From: Nymphaea colorata
Lineage: Eukaryota
Length of the DNA: 64,000 nt
Direction: 5' to 3'
Assembly (NCBI RefSeq): GCF_008831285.2
Contig: NC_045138.2
Coordinates: 41,416,001-41,480,000 of the forward strand
Position 1 is the first letter of the stretch, and each line of letters opens with the position of its first letter. A program made the translations under genes and the position numbers. Shown here piece by piece: positions 62,091-64,000 of the stretch. Under the pieces are notes generated by a model. That model did no database searches. It was not told the origin of the DNA and worked only from the letters and a program-made list of their open reading frames with translations.

Positions 62091-64000
62091 AAAAAATCCT
62101 CGTCCGTACGAACCCCGAGAGACTCCCCTTCTCTCATCAACTTCCGTGATTCTCTCTCCTTTCTCTCTCTAGCGTGAATGATTTTCCCTGCGCTCCTGTC
62201 TCTCCTGTTAATCTCCATGGTTTTCACTGTGGTAATTATCTTTCCTTCCCTCCGCCAAACATGCATCGATTCTTTTCTCGACACCCCACCTTCTGATCTT
62301 AATGAAAAGATGTTTACAACCCCGTTTGCGCCTCCCTGTTTTTAATTCCTTTGCTACCATGTTGGGAGATGTTCATCATTGTGGAATCATGTTCCTTCAC
62401 CAGTGAACACACCTCTCTCTCTCTCTCTTCCTCTTTCTCTCTCTCCCCATCTTGTCATTACAGACACAGAGGAAGCAGCTTTCCCATTCTTGCAGCAGCC
62501 CTGTTATGTTATCTGCAGCCAATTGATTAATGCCGCTTGGTAATGATTGTGATTAGTAGCGGGAACCAGAATAAAGAAGTTCGCGGTCATCTTCCGACTC
62601 GCCCTGTCACGAGAGCGCCGAGCATACTTTTAAAGAGCCGCCCGCTTCTTTATCTGTGCACCTTGGGATTGCAAAAACACGTTAGATCCCTTGTGTTACA
62701 ATTATTAATAAAAGCATGGCCACATTCGCATTAAACAATTCGCGGCATCGATGCCTCTTAATAGATAAGATAGTTTACTGTAAAGTCGTATAAAAAAATT
62801 TTACGTACACTCTCTTTCTTTCAATGTCACATTTATCATAAATCACTTCTTTTAAATCACTCTCTCTATATATTTTATATATATATTTATAAAGACAGTG
62901 TATGTGCCACTATTCTTTGACTTGGGTATGCATATTTTCAGGAGAAGGGACATGCAGTGGACCAATGAGTTGAGAGTTGACCTGAGCTTGGGCCACTTTA
63001 AACCCATTTGAGTATAAGGCTAAGTTGCAGTGGGACAGTTGGTTCACAGGTAACGTATGACAAGATAGGATGGTCCACAAAAACAAAAGTACATACTAAA
63101 GATTTATTAATACATATATACATATGTCACTGAAAAGGATAACGGGTTGAAGAACTTGGTTGGCTATACTTTCAAAAATGCTTTAGGTTGTGTTTGATTC
63201 TTCGTGAATTTCAAATTGGTGGAATCTCAAATCTGTGATAACCGAAACTACAGTTGTATCACTTAAGATCAAATCTACAGTAATCAAACACAACTTAAAG
63301 AAAAAGAGGATGATGTACATATTTATGTAATAAATGTAAAAAAAGTAAAGTTGGCACGGTAATTTGGATTCGAAGGGAAACAAGTGGAAGCAAATACATT
63401 GACTAAAAGTACAAAGAAGCCATGTATTAGGGGGAATAAAATAGTGAGAGAGTGAAGGAGAGAGGAGGGAGATGGGGGTTCTTGTGATCCGGGCATTATT
63501 TATTGCTTTACCGAGGCGTTAAATAAGGAAATGTTTGAAAATAGGAATGTGAAAGCAGCGTCGTCAGTGAAAAAGCGGCGCTCATCAGAGATTGTCCGAA
63601 TGGAGTGAAAACATGAGCCCCTTGGCCCTTCTCCTTCCCTCATGCTTTCCTGCAAAGGCCTCTCCATCTTGCATAGACTTTAGACTCTCTTCTTCTTGAG
63701 AGTTGGTACCACGAGATGCTGCCTCACTGAAGTTCATATGTAAACATAAATGAACTGATATATTAAGCTCATCTAATCTAATGCTATCTATTAAGAATTG
63801 AATGGGAGACGAAGGTGGGGAGGTTGAGGATCTTGACTATTTGTGATTATTTAATACATGGAGACATGTGGAGAAGGAGTTGTGTGTGTTATGAATATAT
63901 ATGGATATGGAGTTGAAGGGGAGGTGGGTTATGTGGGAGGAGTGTGTAGGAGAAGAGGGGGCAAAGAGGGTGCAGTGGGGATGACAATGATCTGTTTCAC

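Overview
Eukaryotic (angiosperm) nuclear DNA with spliceosomal introns, AT-rich intergenic sequence full of MITEs, SINE-like elements and microsatellites, and GC-rich coding islands. There are no prokaryotic features, CRISPR arrays or rRNA. Five genes are supportable. (1) The 3' end of an FY/WDR33 polyadenylation-factor gene (+, 1540-3756) whose proline-rich tail has an in-frame TAA, an apparent frameshift and two degenerate PPLPP motifs. (2, 3) Two tandem paralogous two-exon class I SAM-dependent methyltransferases (+, 5065-6466 and 22587-24170). (4) An intronless DUF4228/PADRE gene (+, 44691-45374). (5) A SHI/STY (SRS, LRP1-like) zinc-finger transcription factor (-, 58777-57656) with a GC-AG intron. 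The two most interesting observations are a protein-like, AUG-less in-frame N-terminal extension of about 100 codons on the LRP1-like gene, overlapped by two out-of-frame uORFs (candidate non-AUG initiation control), and the decay of the FCA-binding tail of FY. All coordinates were counted by hand, and homologue comparisons come from recalled family consensus, not searches.
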